A DNA stretch of 64,000 bases from a virus. Every line of letters begins with the position of its first letter. Positions within the stretch are counted from its first letter, which is position 1. The stretch covers positions 32,001-96,000 of the IMG/VR virus record IMGVR_UViG_3300023202_000068; one strand, 5' to 3'. The notes beneath the pieces were generated by a model. The model was given only the letters and a program-made list of their open reading frames with translations. It was not told the DNA's origin and searched no databases. Positions 47,829-58,436 of this stretch are shown one piece after another. Both the position numbers and the translations under genes were made by a program.

Positions 47829-48113
47829 ATGTATTCAGAATATGGATTAAAAAGCACCGACGAGGTCTTGGAATATATCGAGCGGTACAAGAAAAGACTT
47901 GCCAAGAGAATGACTAGACATAAGGAGTTGTTGAACGATTCGACTCAAGAAAGATTTAAAGACATGCATATGAGGGCTGTTCTGAGTATCAACGCAGAGC
48001 AAACTGCCCTAACTAACGTCAAAAACAAGATTACAGGTGAGTGGAAAAAACTACAAGAAGACTATAAAAAGATACTGGAGGAAGCTGGTGATAATAATAC
48101 GAGGTGTGACTAG
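47829..48113 (+). CDS. hypothetical protein
   Basis: GGAGG RBS. Confidence 0.6.
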   Translation: MYSEYGLKSTDEVLEYIERYKKRLAKRMTRHKELLNDSTQERFKDMHMRAVLSINAEQTALTNVKNKITGEWKKLQEDYKKILEEAGDNNTRCD

Positions 48114-48284
48114 ACACGCATCAGTAGAGAACAACTTTGAAGATTCAGATGCTGTAAAAGCTGAAGAGTACCAGAACATGTTGCATGAGAATGATTGGGA
48201 TGATGTTAGGTGGATTCACATACCTGGAATGACCTATGAGCAGTACATAAAAGAATATATGAAGAGAATGAACGGAGTGTTTGA

Positions 48285-49103
48285 ATGAAGATCGAAAAAG
48301 TAAGTATGGAAGATATAAACTTTGGCTTTACCCTCCTTAAGTCTTTTAGGGAAACTGGTTTTGCAATCATTACAGATCACGGTTTAGATAAAGAAACCCT
48401 TAACGAGTATTACGATAAGTGGTATAGGTATTTTTTAAGCGAAGATAAGCACGCAGATTTATCTGGAGAAGACCACTCAGGCTACTTTCCAATGAATAAG
48501 GAAAAAGCCAAAGGCGCTATCGTTGCAGACATGAAAGAGTTCTTCCACTACTACCCATCTCTAGTTAAAGACCCACTGTTCGGTCTTTCCGATATAGTAT
48601 ATAAACAACTTAATCAGATTGCAGAACTTACACTTACTCGCATTGAAGATCAGCTACCTTCACAGATTGCTCAAGGTCTATCAATGCCGCTGTCATGGAT
48701 GATTCAAAACTCAGAAAAAACGCTCCTTAGAGTGTTACACTACCCACCAGTTAAAGATATTCCACAAGGCGCAGTGAGAGCTGCAGAGCATGAGGATATC
48801 AATTTAATCACCATCTTACCTGGTGCTACTGAAATGGGGCTTGAGGTAAAGGCTGCAGACGGCTCCTGGCTTCCTGTAGAAGCCGGTACGGAAGACTTAG
48901 TAGTCAATGTCGGAGATATGCTGCAAGAGGCTACAGGCGGATATCTGAAGTCCACGCCGCACCGTGTAGTTAACGTCGGCATGGAGACATCTAGACTTTC
49001 TTCACCTTTATTTCTCCACCCACGTCCTGAAGTAGTTTTATCTGATAAATACACCGCAGAGTCGTATCTAGATGAAAGACTTAAGGAATTAGGTCTAAAA
49101 TAA
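48285..49103 (+). CDS. isopenicillin N synthase-family 2OG-Fe(II) oxygenase
   Basis: SFRETGFAIITDHG; LRVLHYPP; HEDINLITIL; NVGDMLQ; STPHRV; RLSSPLFLHP. Confidence 0.9.
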   Translation: MKIEKVSMEDINFGFTLLKSFRETGFAIITDHGLDKETLNEYYDKWYRYFLSEDKHADLSGEDHSGYFPMNKEKAKGAIVADMKEFFHYYPSLVKDPLFGLSDIVYKQLNQIAELTLTRIEDQLPSQIAQGLSMPLSWMIQNSEKTLLRVLHYPPVKDIPQGAVRAAEHEDINLITILPGATEMGLEVKAADGSWLPVEAGTEDLVVNVGDMLQEATGGYLKSTPHRVVNVGMETSRLSSPLFLHPRPEVVLSDKYTAESYLDERLKELGLK

Positions 49104-49106
49104 TTC

Positions 49107-49134
49107 TTGACTTTTTTACACCCTCTTGTATAAT
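49107..49134 (+). promoter_or_regulatory. sigma70-type promoter
   Basis: TTGACT-16 bp-TATAAT, then AGGAGG. Confidence 0.7.
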
Positions 49135-49155
49135 ATACATAAACAGGAGGGTAAT

Positions 49156-49458
49156 ATGGAATTAAATGGCATATCTAATCTTAAGCTGCAAATCGACAAA
49201 CTCTTTGACGAGCTAGTTAATACAAAGCAAGATTCTCGTGAAATCAAAAAAACCTTAGGTGACATGCAAGACCAGCTAGACGTGCTGGAGCGATATATGG
49301 TATCGATTGCAGATTACCTCGACAAGGTAGATCAAAACGTATACACACGCCCATCCGATAAGCCAGAGAGACTTCCTTATTGGCACGAAGTCCGAGACGA
49401 GCGCGACAAGTATCCAACAAATAGCGAAAGACTAAAGTCATGTGGACTATTAAAGTAG
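49156..49458 (+). CDS. coiled-coil hypothetical protein
   Basis: Start moved to the ATG after AGGAGG. Confidence 0.6.
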   Translation: MELNGISNLKLQIDKLFDELVNTKQDSREIKKTLGDMQDQLDVLERYMVSIADYLDKVDQNVYTRPSDKPERLPYWHEVRDERDKYPTNSERLKSCGLLK

Positions 49459-49949
49459 TCCAAATTAGCTTTTTATGTCTGTTTTGGACTACTATAGTAG
49501 CCTGCGGCAGGTTTGAAGCTGCAAAGCCAACTTTTGTTGACCCTGAGCTTCAGCCATACTTTGACAGGTATGTTGAGTACAAGCTTGAATACTTAGGTAC
49601 AGACAGAACCAGAGCAATTGACATATTCTTTGAGTCTTTGCCAGGTAATGCGATAGGCAAGTGTACACTTTACAGTTCTGGTGAGCGTGAGATTAGAATT
49701 GACCCAGACTTTTGGGCTTTTAATTCTGACGCCGATAGAGAACTACTTATGATGCACGAACTTGGGCACTGCGACTTAAACTTAGACCACTCCCCACCAA
49801 GATCAATTATGGAAGTATTCCATATTGGAGGGTATAACTATTCAAGATCATTAGATTATTATTTAAAACAATTTTTTAGCTTGCGTGTAACAATTTCACC
49901 TGTTACACTGGCTACTAAACATATTAACTGTAACCATAGGGAGAAATAA
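49440..49949 (+). CDS. zincin (matrixin-like) metallopeptidase lipoprotein
   Basis: Lipobox IVAC; HELGHCDLNLDH and SIM Met-turn. Confidence 0.75.
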   Translation: MWTIKVVQISFLCLFWTTIVACGRFEAAKPTFVDPELQPYFDRYVEYKLEYLGTDRTRAIDIFFESLPGNAIGKCTLYSSGEREIRIDPDFWAFNSDADRELLMMHELGHCDLNLDHSPPRSIMEVFHIGGYNYSRSLDYYLKQFFSLRVTISPVTLATKHINCNHREK

Positions 49950-49950
49950 A

Positions 49951-50478
49951 ATGAAACAGTTACTTTTTATATTGGCAGTTACTGCCTTAGTAGGATGCGG
50001 CGAACAAGAAGTTGCCTTTTCACCAGCAGACGGTGCAGACGGTACAGGATGTACTGTTGAGGAAGTTCCAGGTGGTGCAAACATCACTTGCGGCGAGGAA
50101 GTTACCTTTATTGCCGATGGAGAAGACGGTCAAGACGGCGCTACTGGACAGCCTGGTCAAGACGCAGCTACTCTTACAACTGTAGCTTTACCTGCAGGCG
50201 GCTGTTCACAAGTTGGTCCTGGTATCTGGGCTGAGAATGTGAGGAACGGTCAGTTGTTTGACGTATACCTTAACGCTAACTGTGAAGATCGAGATGGGGA
50301 GTATTGCGACAATGTAATTCCTTCATACGGTAGATCTGGACAACTCGATAGTGATGAGCATCCAGGTTCAGGTACGGTTTGTTGGGCTGGCGATTATCAA
50401 ATTAGCGGCTACAAAACAAGTAAGAACTCAAAAGATATCGTAATTAAAGTTTTAGATTTTAACCCAGGAGGAAACTAA
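49951..50478 (+). CDS. collagen-like repeat lipoprotein
   Basis: Lipobox LVGC; GEDGQDGATGQPGQD Gly-X-Y run; six further Cys. Confidence 0.75.
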   Translation: MKQLLFILAVTALVGCGEQEVAFSPADGADGTGCTVEEVPGGANITCGEEVTFIADGEDGQDGATGQPGQDAATLTTVALPAGGCSQVGPGIWAENVRNGQLFDVYLNANCEDRDGEYCDNVIPSYGRSGQLDSDEHPGSGTVCWAGDYQISGYKTSKNSKDIVIKVLDFNPGGN

Positions 50479-51023
50479 TGAATAATTTTACACAAACACT
50501 TTTTTACTTTGTACTAGCAATGCTAGGACTAATGGCACTAACCCTATTTCAATCAGCAGACGCTAGTGAAGTTGGTGAGAAGTTGAAGGTAGAGTTACGC
50601 GAAGAAGTAGATGCCTTACTAGACCAAGTTGAGAAAGAAGACGTTAGAGGCACTGCTTCTGAAGAAAAAGCACCTAAGCCATTTGAAGACTCGGATATCA
50701 AGAGAGAACTTAAAGACGGTAAGGTTCAAAAGTTCGATGGTAATAAGTACATGATTGTGCGCCGAGGTGCAAAAAAGAAAAAGCCCGTTACAAAGACGAT
50801 TACTGTTGTTAAGAAACAACCTCGTAAGAAGAATAGACTAACTCTGTATGTTGGTAGCGATCCAAACGATCTAGAAACCAACTCAACTAATGACAAGGTT
50901 ATTCTTGACAAAGATGGGCTTTGGGGTGTAGGCTATACACGTAACTTAAACGAAACAATACACCTAGACGCTGTTATTTTGACTAACGAGACGGTAATGG
51001 GTGGAATAGGTGTTAGTTTTTAA
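50478..51023 (+). CDS. exported protein with C-terminal amphipathic beta strands (outer-membrane candidate)
   Basis: Signal ADA; ends LTNETVMGGIGVSF with terminal Phe. Confidence 0.6.
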   Translation: MNNFTQTLFYFVLAMLGLMALTLFQSADASEVGEKLKVELREEVDALLDQVEKEDVRGTASEEKAPKPFEDSDIKRELKDGKVQKFDGNKYMIVRRGAKKKKPVTKTITVVKKQPRKKNRLTLYVGSDPNDLETNSTNDKVILDKDGLWGVGYTRNLNETIHLDAVILTNETVMGGIGVSF

Positions 51024-51834
51024 TGAATAAAGAACTTAGGCAAAAAATTACTAAGTGTTTAAAGGATTATTTGATAGGTCAAGGATGGCCAAATCTTTCA
51101 AACGATCAGATTATTCAGCTTCTGCCGCAAATGTGGAAGAAGATGGAAGCTCAGGGACTTACAAAAGAATTAGAAAGCCAGGGCTTTGGATACGCAAAAT
51201 TTGCACAGTCAGCAATAAGTGCTAAGCAACAGGCTGCAATGAAGGCGGCTTTTGAACAACGATTAAGAAACATGGGGATTAAATTCTAATGAAACTAGCA
51301 TCAATAAGACTTAACGCACTTGACTTCGCTAGCGAAATCGCTCGTGAATCAAAACAAACTTGCACGGCAATCCAAAATGATATTGACAAGCTCGATATGG
51401 AAATGAAGATGAATCTAATTGATCGTCAAGAGGCTCAGGATAAGATTCACCACCTTAAAGTTGAAAAACGTAATTACAGAATGGTCCATATTAAATATCT
51501 TAAGAAGAGATGGCAGGTTATGGAGTACATGAAAAAAAAGAACGCGCAAGCGGCTGAAAATTATTACACAGGAGAGTAGTATGACCGTAGGTCAGTTAAT
51601 TTCAATTTTACAAAAGTATAACGAAGATACACCTGTGGTCATGAAGAGCACGGGTAGTAGAAGGCACCTGGAAGACTACATCGATGTAGACGCCAGTAAG
51701 ATCCAAACAATGGTTGGTAAGCCTGTATTTAAAGACACGACACACGTAGATAGACAAGTTTATGATGCTACGGAAGTCATTGATGGTCGCGAAGTCCTTA
51801 GTCTAACAGGTGTTCCCTTAATTCAGGAGAAATA

Positions 51835-52659
51835 ATGCACAGAGATCAACTAGGTATAATAGGTCAGATTCAACCACCTGGATCTAAAATTAAAGTTGAG
51901 GGTGGTGACTCACTTGCGTGGCACTCCCACTGGATTTACCTTAATGACGGAAAAGACCCAGACGGTATCACGGTCAAAGATGCTGCAGACGTTTTTCAAT
52001 TTTTTTCTCCAGACTATCTTTTTGACGGGGCTTTACTCAGACACCCTATAGCTGAGTTTACTAACAATGGCTTTGGAGCGTACTACTCAAACCCATGGAG
52101 CGGCTGTGTTAGTAGAGATCAGATAACAAATGCTCTTGCACTGGCTATCCAAAGCGGTCGCAAAGATATAATGCTTAGGATTATTAAGCACAGCTCGAAG
52201 CGTTTGTTTTTGACCACGTACAATACGATTTTAAACGGCAGAAATCCTAATGAAACCAAGCTTAGCCTGTCAAAGTTCTTCAGTAATCCCAATAATGAAA
52301 ATTATTACAAGTTCCCAGACCCTACAGGTCCAGACATATGGGCTATGATGATTCGTGGCTTAGGAGTGTGGGCATATCTACTCTACCCTCTACTGTTTTT
52401 GTTTGATTTTCACATGGTGCTAAATGCGCTTTACAATAATTACTTAGATAAAGAAAACGATGATCAAATCAACCAAGTTACTAAACTGGTGGTTGGGCTA
52501 GAATATGTCCCTACACCTTTTAGCTGGCTTGCCTGGAAGATATCTGATAAGTCTTTACTTTTAGAGCAGCTTACGAGATACTGGAGTGGGTTTAGGGATT
52601 CACCAGAATACCTACCATTATATCGTAAGAAATTCAAGGAGCTTGGTTTTGAGTCCTAG
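51835..52659 (+). CDS. hypothetical enzyme-like protein
   Basis: EGGDS...RHP...SRDQ motifs; helical; hydrophobic segment. Confidence 0.5.
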   Translation: MHRDQLGIIGQIQPPGSKIKVEGGDSLAWHSHWIYLNDGKDPDGITVKDAADVFQFFSPDYLFDGALLRHPIAEFTNNGFGAYYSNPWSGCVSRDQITNALALAIQSGRKDIMLRIIKHSSKRLFLTTYNTILNGRNPNETKLSLSKFFSNPNNENYYKFPDPTGPDIWAMMIRGLGVWAYLLYPLLFLFDFHMVLNALYNNYLDKENDDQINQVTKLVVGLEYVPTPFSWLAWKISDKSLLLEQLTRYWSGFRDSPEYLPLYRKKFKELGFES

Positions 52660-52994
52660 TATGATAGAAGAGTTTTACTTCCACAAGTCTCAAGAAGAGA
52701 TAGATAGAACTCTTGAGTTAACAGGCTTAGCACTAGATGAACTTGAAGAGGTTGTAGAGGGTTACTTTCCAGAAGACCACCACTATCCAGGTCAATTAAA
52801 AGGTCGTGTAAATATAGGGTATGACGGTCGGATTGAAATTAGACACCATTTCTTAAGTAAAATTTTCTGGAGGTCAGAGTGAGTTTTTGGAAAGGTTTTA
52901 GTCAAGGTTGTGGGGTTGTAATCGGATTAATGTTTATGATTATTTTACTTCAACTATGTGCTTACGGATTGCATAAGCTAGGGGTATTTAACTG

Positions 52995-53342
52995 ATGTAC
53001 ACTTATAAAGCTCAGGTGGTTAAAGTAGTAGACGCAGACACTATGGATGTCAATATTGATCTAGGTTTTAATACGTGGCTCAATAACGTGCGCATTAGGC
53101 TGGCTCGCATCGATGCCTATGAGGTAAAGCTATATAAGGGCGTAAGTGAAGAAGAGAAAAAGCTAGGCTTACAGGCCAAAGAATATGTTGAAAATGAAAT
53201 GCATATGAATAAGGGTATTGTAAAGATTATAACTAAAAGCCAAGGTAGCTTTGGCAGATGGATTTCTGAAGTAGAGGTTAATGGTAAAAATCTAAATGAT
53301 AAGTTGGTAAGTTTAGGTTTAGCCGTTTACAAGACCTATTAA
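52995..53342 (+). CDS. thermonuclease (SNase) family protein
   Basis: VVKVVDADT...IRLARIDAYE...FGRW. Confidence 0.85.
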   Translation: MYTYKAQVVKVVDADTMDVNIDLGFNTWLNNVRIRLARIDAYEVKLYKGVSEEEKKLGLQAKEYVENEMHMNKGIVKIITKSQGSFGRWISEVEVNGKNLNDKLVSLGLAVYKTY

Positions 53343-53356
53343 TAAGGAAGTGTATA

Positions 53357-53635
53357 GTGAAAAACTTTTACCTATTGCGTCACGAAGATGTGCATGATAA
53401 TACGGGAGAAGGCGTGGTAGCAGAGGGAGTGATATTCGATAATGGTATGTGTGCCATGACGTGGCTGTCTAACGTAAAGACTGTTACGATTTTTCAAAGA
53501 ATTACAGAGGTAAAGAAAATACACAGTCATGGCGATAGGACTGAGGTTGTGATTGAGGGTAAGCACGATTCTTTTGATGAATGCAGAGCTGCGGTTAGAG
53601 TCTTAAGGACTCAGGAAAAGCGAGGGGATAAGTGA
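53357..53635 (+). CDS. conserved phage hypothetical protein
   Basis: LLRHEDV...GEGVVAEGVIFDNG...IHSHG. Confidence 0.6.
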   Translation: MKNFYLLRHEDVHDNTGEGVVAEGVIFDNGMCAMTWLSNVKTVTIFQRITEVKKIHSHGDRTEVVIEGKHDSFDECRAAVRVLRTQEKRGDK

Positions 53636-54488
53636 GATACTATAAGTGCGTAAACTGTGGATATCGTGGGGATTTTAAGTTTTATAGGTCACGAAATGTA
53701 AAATGTCAAAAGTGTGAATACGATCTATTGACAGAGTACGAAGAAGATGAGTATAATGAGTGGATGAGTAAGTTTGGACAATACCAGGAGGAGCCGGATG
53801 GGAAAAGTAAAGGAACAACTGATAAATGAAGACGACTGGACTGATGCAATTCGCTATGCGCTAGGTTCACCTGGTTTTATTACTGATCTTGGAGCGGAAG
53901 AAGTAGGGGATTACAAAATACAAAGCCTTAGTGAACAAATTATGACAAGCAATAGCTGCTTTCACGTTTGGGAGGAGAGGCACTTGTTTACATCAAGCTA
54001 TGTGGCGTGTAAAAAATGCGGAGAGGAAAAAAATGCAGGGAATTAAGATTAATATGGACGAGCTTAAAATGGGTCTAACAGAGCTGATCTCTAGATGTAC
54101 TAGACAAGATAAGCTTGAGCTTAAAATTGACGGAAGAGACTTGACCTTGTCTGCTATCGACGATGACGACAATATTGTTGAGGTAGTTTTAAACCATGAA
54201 GGTAACATGCAGGCTAAGTTTAGACACACAGAGAGACTAATGAGTATGAAGAAGAAGGGTTCACTATGAGCGGTTCACACTTAATACCAGACGATGATGT
54301 TATTATAACACATGCCTTAGGAGAGTCTAATACCGCTATTAGAGTAGAGGGACTGAAGCAGTGGGTGAAAAACCTACACGTTATCGGTGAAACCCAGGCA
54401 TACCTGAAAGCGCAAGATAAAGAAACCGGAGAAATATTTTTAATTAAACAGGTTGTAGAAATTAAAACACCTGTGGTAGAATAAGTTA

Positions 54489-54557
54489 AGTCCACCCAGT
54501 GTCGCAAGGCACATCCCTCCCTGTATGTGGGTGAGCGAAAGCTCACCTGCATTTTTT
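54489..54557 (+). ncRNA. candidate anti-RBS small RNA B
   Basis: Extended -10 TGGTAGAAT (54474-82); GUGUC-GCAA-GGCAC hairpin; AUCCCUCCCUGU linker; GAAA-loop terminator. Confidence 0.55.
54525..54557 (+). terminator. intrinsic terminator
   Basis: ATGTGGGTGAGC-GAAA-GCTCACCTGCAT-TTTTT. Confidence 0.8.
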
Positions 54558-54598
54558 ATAGAGGACTTAGGGGTGGTAAGGGAAGGATTTGAAAACTT

Positions 54599-55045
54599 AT
54601 GAACAACCCAAATTTTAAAATTGGTGATGTGGTTGATTACAAGGGAAGCACGGGAGCAATTACCCAGCTAGACGTGATCTGTAAAGACCAGAAGCTTGGC
54701 GCTACGGTAGAGTGGCAAGCTAACCTAACACCTCCACAATCCAATGTTCCATATGAGGACCTAGTTTTTGTTGGCTCTCCTGTAACCCTACAGAACAGTA
54801 ATAGTAAAGTTTACAAGCCTGGTCAGGACCCTTGGACCTATTCTCAAGCTTACAGTAACACTAAGACATCGAATATAAACACTCACTGCCCCGTATGTTC
54901 TTCAGAGTGGGAGGATAGAACACTGGTTTATTCAAGTTTTAAGTACTGTCCCAAATGTAAAGAAGAAAAAGATTTTTTGGTAGAACAAGCTGGTGTTGTA
55001 GGTATCGATGGTGGTAAAAACGTATATTCAGCAGGAGCTGACTAA
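54599..55045 (+). CDS. hypothetical protein with SH3-like N-terminus and Zn ribbon
   Basis: FKIGDVVDY; CPVC...CPKC. Confidence 0.55.
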   Translation: MNNPNFKIGDVVDYKGSTGAITQLDVICKDQKLGATVEWQANLTPPQSNVPYEDLVFVGSPVTLQNSNSKVYKPGQDPWTYSQAYSNTKTSNINTHCPVCSSEWEDRTLVYSSFKYCPKCKEEKDFLVEQAGVVGIDGGKNVYSAGAD

Positions 55046-55885
55046 TGAGATCTGCAGGGCAAATATTACTAGAAATGGAAGAGCTGAGGAATGAGCTTAT
55101 AGATGACCACGATATGCAGTGGGGAGATCTTTTTTATGAACTCCACGGCTGGCTGGAGATACATAGGCCAGATGCAAGAGAAGAATACGTAGACGGTGGA
55201 CATCCGGTATTTTCCTATAAACCCCCAGAAGAAGGTTAGAAATGGACAATTTAGAGATTAAAATGGCTTTTGCTGTAATTATTTCTGGACTTATCTTTTC
55301 TTTTATGCAATACTTACATAAGAAAAAGGTAGAAAGAGCAGAACGTGAATTCCAATTATTAATTAAGTCTATGGACGCAAAACATTGGAGGAATCGTGAA
55401 AGAAAAGATTTATAAGGTTAAACTCAAGAAAATCAAGAGTAATCACAAGAATTTAAGAACTGAAGAAGTAGAGGGGCAGACGCTAACTCTACCTGAGGTT
55501 GGAAAAGCTTTTGTACTAGTTGGTGAAGCTCTAAACCCAGAAGCAGATTACAGATCAGTATACACTACTGAAATTAAGCACGTAGAAAAGATGGGTGAGT
55601 CTTACAGGTTTAATACACAAAATAGTATTTATCACTTAGATGTTTTAGGAGAGGTGGAATAAATGGTAATGGAAGGGATTGTTTCAGCGATGGTTTTTGG
55701 CTCAGTATGTTTGAGCCCTAGTGTTGATAATCACACGAAAGATTGGACTGATATTGATCGTCAAAGCTTTACCCGTGCACACAAGAGGTGTGGGGAGAAA
55801 TTTCCCAAGTCACCTTGTCTTGTAAAGTTTATAAAGAAAGACTTTCAGGTTTATAATGCAGTATGTGGTCAGCGAAGGTTTGTAG

Positions 55886-56266
55886 ATGATAGTCTTCGTA
55901 GGCGATAAGCCTTCCTCTAAAAATATCAGCCCTTATATACCGTTTGTAGGAACCCAGTCTTACAAGAGACTGCTTGAGTGGATTTGGGAGATGGATATCG
56001 ATATTAGTCGTGTAAAACTTTGCAACAAAGACTTTATTGACGGGACTTACGAGGATTTCTATATAGCACTTGGTAATGAGGCGGAAAAAGCCATTAAGGA
56101 TACGGTTTTTTGTGTTTGGAATTGGAAGAAGGGCGTGGAGATGGAAATAAAGCCGTATTACTTTAAACTACCGCATCCATCGGGTTTGAATAGAAAGATA
56201 AACGACAAGAAATTTATTAAACAAGAACTAACTAAATGTAAGGAGTGGTTGAATGGCAAAAGATAA
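55886..56266 (+). CDS. minimal uracil-DNA glycosylase superfamily protein
   Basis: IVFVGDKPS...FVG...IALG...LPHPSGLNR. Confidence 0.7.
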   Translation: MIVFVGDKPSSKNISPYIPFVGTQSYKRLLEWIWEMDIDISRVKLCNKDFIDGTYEDFYIALGNEAEKAIKDTVFCVWNWKKGVEMEIKPYYFKLPHPSGLNRKINDKKFIKQELTKCKEWLNGKR

Positions 56267-56455
56267 GGCAATTGTAAAAAATGGTAAGATTAAAGATAAC
56301 TCCAGAAAATCTGGGGCTGCTGCGATGAATAAAGAGCGCAAGCGCAGAGAGGCTGAAGAGCGTAATGCAGAATATCAAGCCTTGCCCTTAGAAGAAAAGA
56401 TGGCTCGCAACTCAACTAAGGTTAGAAATAAACTTACGGCTCAATTGGAGAGATA

Positions 56456-57043
56456 ATGTTAACAGCTATGGGTGACGTGATGCGTGAAGCCTACAAACGT
56501 GGGTGGATCACAACGCGAGATGGAAATATTTCAATACGCAGAGGCAATCGCTTTTACATAACACCTTCAGGCGTGCGCAAGACTATTATCCACCCTGAGA
56601 GTGTGATCAAACTACCTATTAAGCAAGGTCTTGCCCTAATGGAGGGTAACATTAAACCCTCTATTGAAATGGATATGCACACTCAAATACAAATGTCAGA
56701 CTCAAGAACAAAGGCTGTTGTACACCTTCACCCTACCTACACGATTGCTTTAATGCATAAAGCTTATCACGATTGGAAGGTTTTACAAACTGTAGCGCAA
56801 GACTTTCCAGAATTAAAGCGATATACTAAAGTGGGCTCTGTGGTTAAGTATCACGCACCTGGTTCCCAAGAGCTTGCAGACGCTGTATTTGAGGCTATTG
56901 CACCAAAGGGTAAGATAGAGTATGATATTGTAGGTATGCAGGGGCACGGTGTAACTGCTGTGGCAAAAAACCCTTGGGACGCCTTTGAGCACATTGAAAG
57001 GCTTGAACATATTTCACAAATTTATTTAGCATCAGGAGTTTAA
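56456..57043 (+). CDS. class II aldolase/adducin family protein
   Basis: GNISIR...ITPSG...PSIEMDMH...VVHLHP...HGV. Confidence 0.9.
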   Translation: MLTAMGDVMREAYKRGWITTRDGNISIRRGNRFYITPSGVRKTIIHPESVIKLPIKQGLALMEGNIKPSIEMDMHTQIQMSDSRTKAVVHLHPTYTIALMHKAYHDWKVLQTVAQDFPELKRYTKVGSVVKYHAPGSQELADAVFEAIAPKGKIEYDIVGMQGHGVTAVAKNPWDAFEHIERLEHISQIYLASGV

Positions 57044-57937
57044 ATGTCGAAAGATAAAATTAAAAATTTAATACTAATGGCTGGACCTCCTGGATCTGGT
57101 AAAACTACCGCTATTAAGCAACACCCTTTTCTTAGCAAACTAACTAGAATTAGCCAAGATGAAATGGGAAAAGAAGGTCACTTTGAAGCTTTTACAGAAG
57201 CTATTAAAAAAGGCGAAAACGTAGTAGTTGACAGAATGAATTTCAATAAGAAACAGCGAAGAAGATATATTGAGTCTGCTAAAAAAGCCGGATACAGAGT
57301 GGACATTGCAATTCAACACACTCCCAAGGAAGCTTGTTACTCAAGGTGCATAAAGCGTGAGGGGCACGAAACTATAAAGACTAAGGAAGATGCACAAAGC
57401 GCGATTGATTTTTTCTTTAAGAACTATGAAAGACCTGAGCCTGACGAAGCTGATTCTATTTCTAACCTAGGATGGTCTGACGGTCACACTATGTGTATTG
57501 TGTGTGATCTTGACGGTACACTGGCTAACGTAGATCATAGACGTAAATACGTTAGAGTGGAAAAGCCAGACAAGCCTAATTGGAAAAAGTTTTTTGATAA
57601 AATGGTAGATGACCCAGTCAATACTTGGTGTTCTGAACTTATTACAATGATGTCTGACAGATACCCAATTGTATATGCTACGGGAAGACCTGCAGACTAC
57701 GAGTTTGAAACCAAGGGCTGGCTGGAGAAGAACGGACTTATGCTAGGTGGGGCAAAACTATTCATGCGTGAAGCCGGAGATTATAGGTCAGATCGCATCG
57801 TTAAGCAAAACATATTGGATTTTGAAATCAAAACAAGGTATGATATATTGTTTGTAGTAGACGACAGGAAGCAAGTTGTCGATATGTGGCGCGATAATAG
57901 TTACACAGTACTACAGTGTGCGGAAGGGAATTTTTAA
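57044..57937 (+). CDS. pseT: polynucleotide 5'-kinase/3'-phosphatase
   Basis: GPPGSGKTT P-loop; HAD DLDGTL; VDDRKQVVDMWR. Confidence 0.9.
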   Translation: MSKDKIKNLILMAGPPGSGKTTAIKQHPFLSKLTRISQDEMGKEGHFEAFTEAIKKGENVVVDRMNFNKKQRRRYIESAKKAGYRVDIAIQHTPKEACYSRCIKREGHETIKTKEDAQSAIDFFFKNYERPEPDEADSISNLGWSDGHTMCIVCDLDGTLANVDHRRKYVRVEKPDKPNWKKFFDKMVDDPVNTWCSELITMMSDRYPIVYATGRPADYEFETKGWLEKNGLMLGGAKLFMREAGDYRSDRIVKQNILDFEIKTRYDILFVVDDRKQVVDMWRDNSYTVLQCAEGNF

Positions 57938-58187
57938 TGAGTAAAAAAGATAACGAAGAATATTGGTATATAGATGAGACAGCAGGTGACGCTCGTAAAT
58001 TTTTAGAGTTCGCAAGAAAACAACTTAAAAATACAACTCACAGGGGTATTTTGTATATCGGGAGTAGCCAAGAAGAAAGTTCTTTCCTTAAAGAGGCAGC
58101 TCGTCACTTCGACAATATGACCAAGCCTAATTCTTACGAGATCTTTGACCTTGTACATGAACAAGACGGAACCGCAAAAGGAAAAAC

Positions 58188-58436
58188 ATGCGATACTTAC
58201 TACCTTTAATATTCTTACTAGCCGGATGCGATAAAGTTGCCACAATAGAGCCAGCTAGTGAAATGACAATAATCAGAGCTACGTGTGCTATGAACGACTT
58301 TGACGGATTTCCAAAGAAAGTTACAGGCATTGTGACACTACAGCTAAAGGGTTTTTTAACCATTAGGGTGGACAATGAAGATAATTCAGAGCACGTAGAA
58401 ATTACATTTCCTAAATCTAAATGCGGAGTTAAATAA
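58188..58436 (+). CDS. small lipoprotein
   Basis: MRYLLPLIFLLAGC. Confidence 0.6.
   Translation: MRYLLPLIFLLAGCDKVATIEPASEMTIIRATCAMNDFDGFPKKVTGIVTLQLKGFLTIRVDNEDNSEHVEITFPKSKCGVK

Noticed and set aside
54489-54557. HDV-like ribozyme or known riboswitch
   Set aside because: A partial nested fit is possible, but the G at the cleavage site and the canonical J4/2 are missing; terminator plus linker explains it better.
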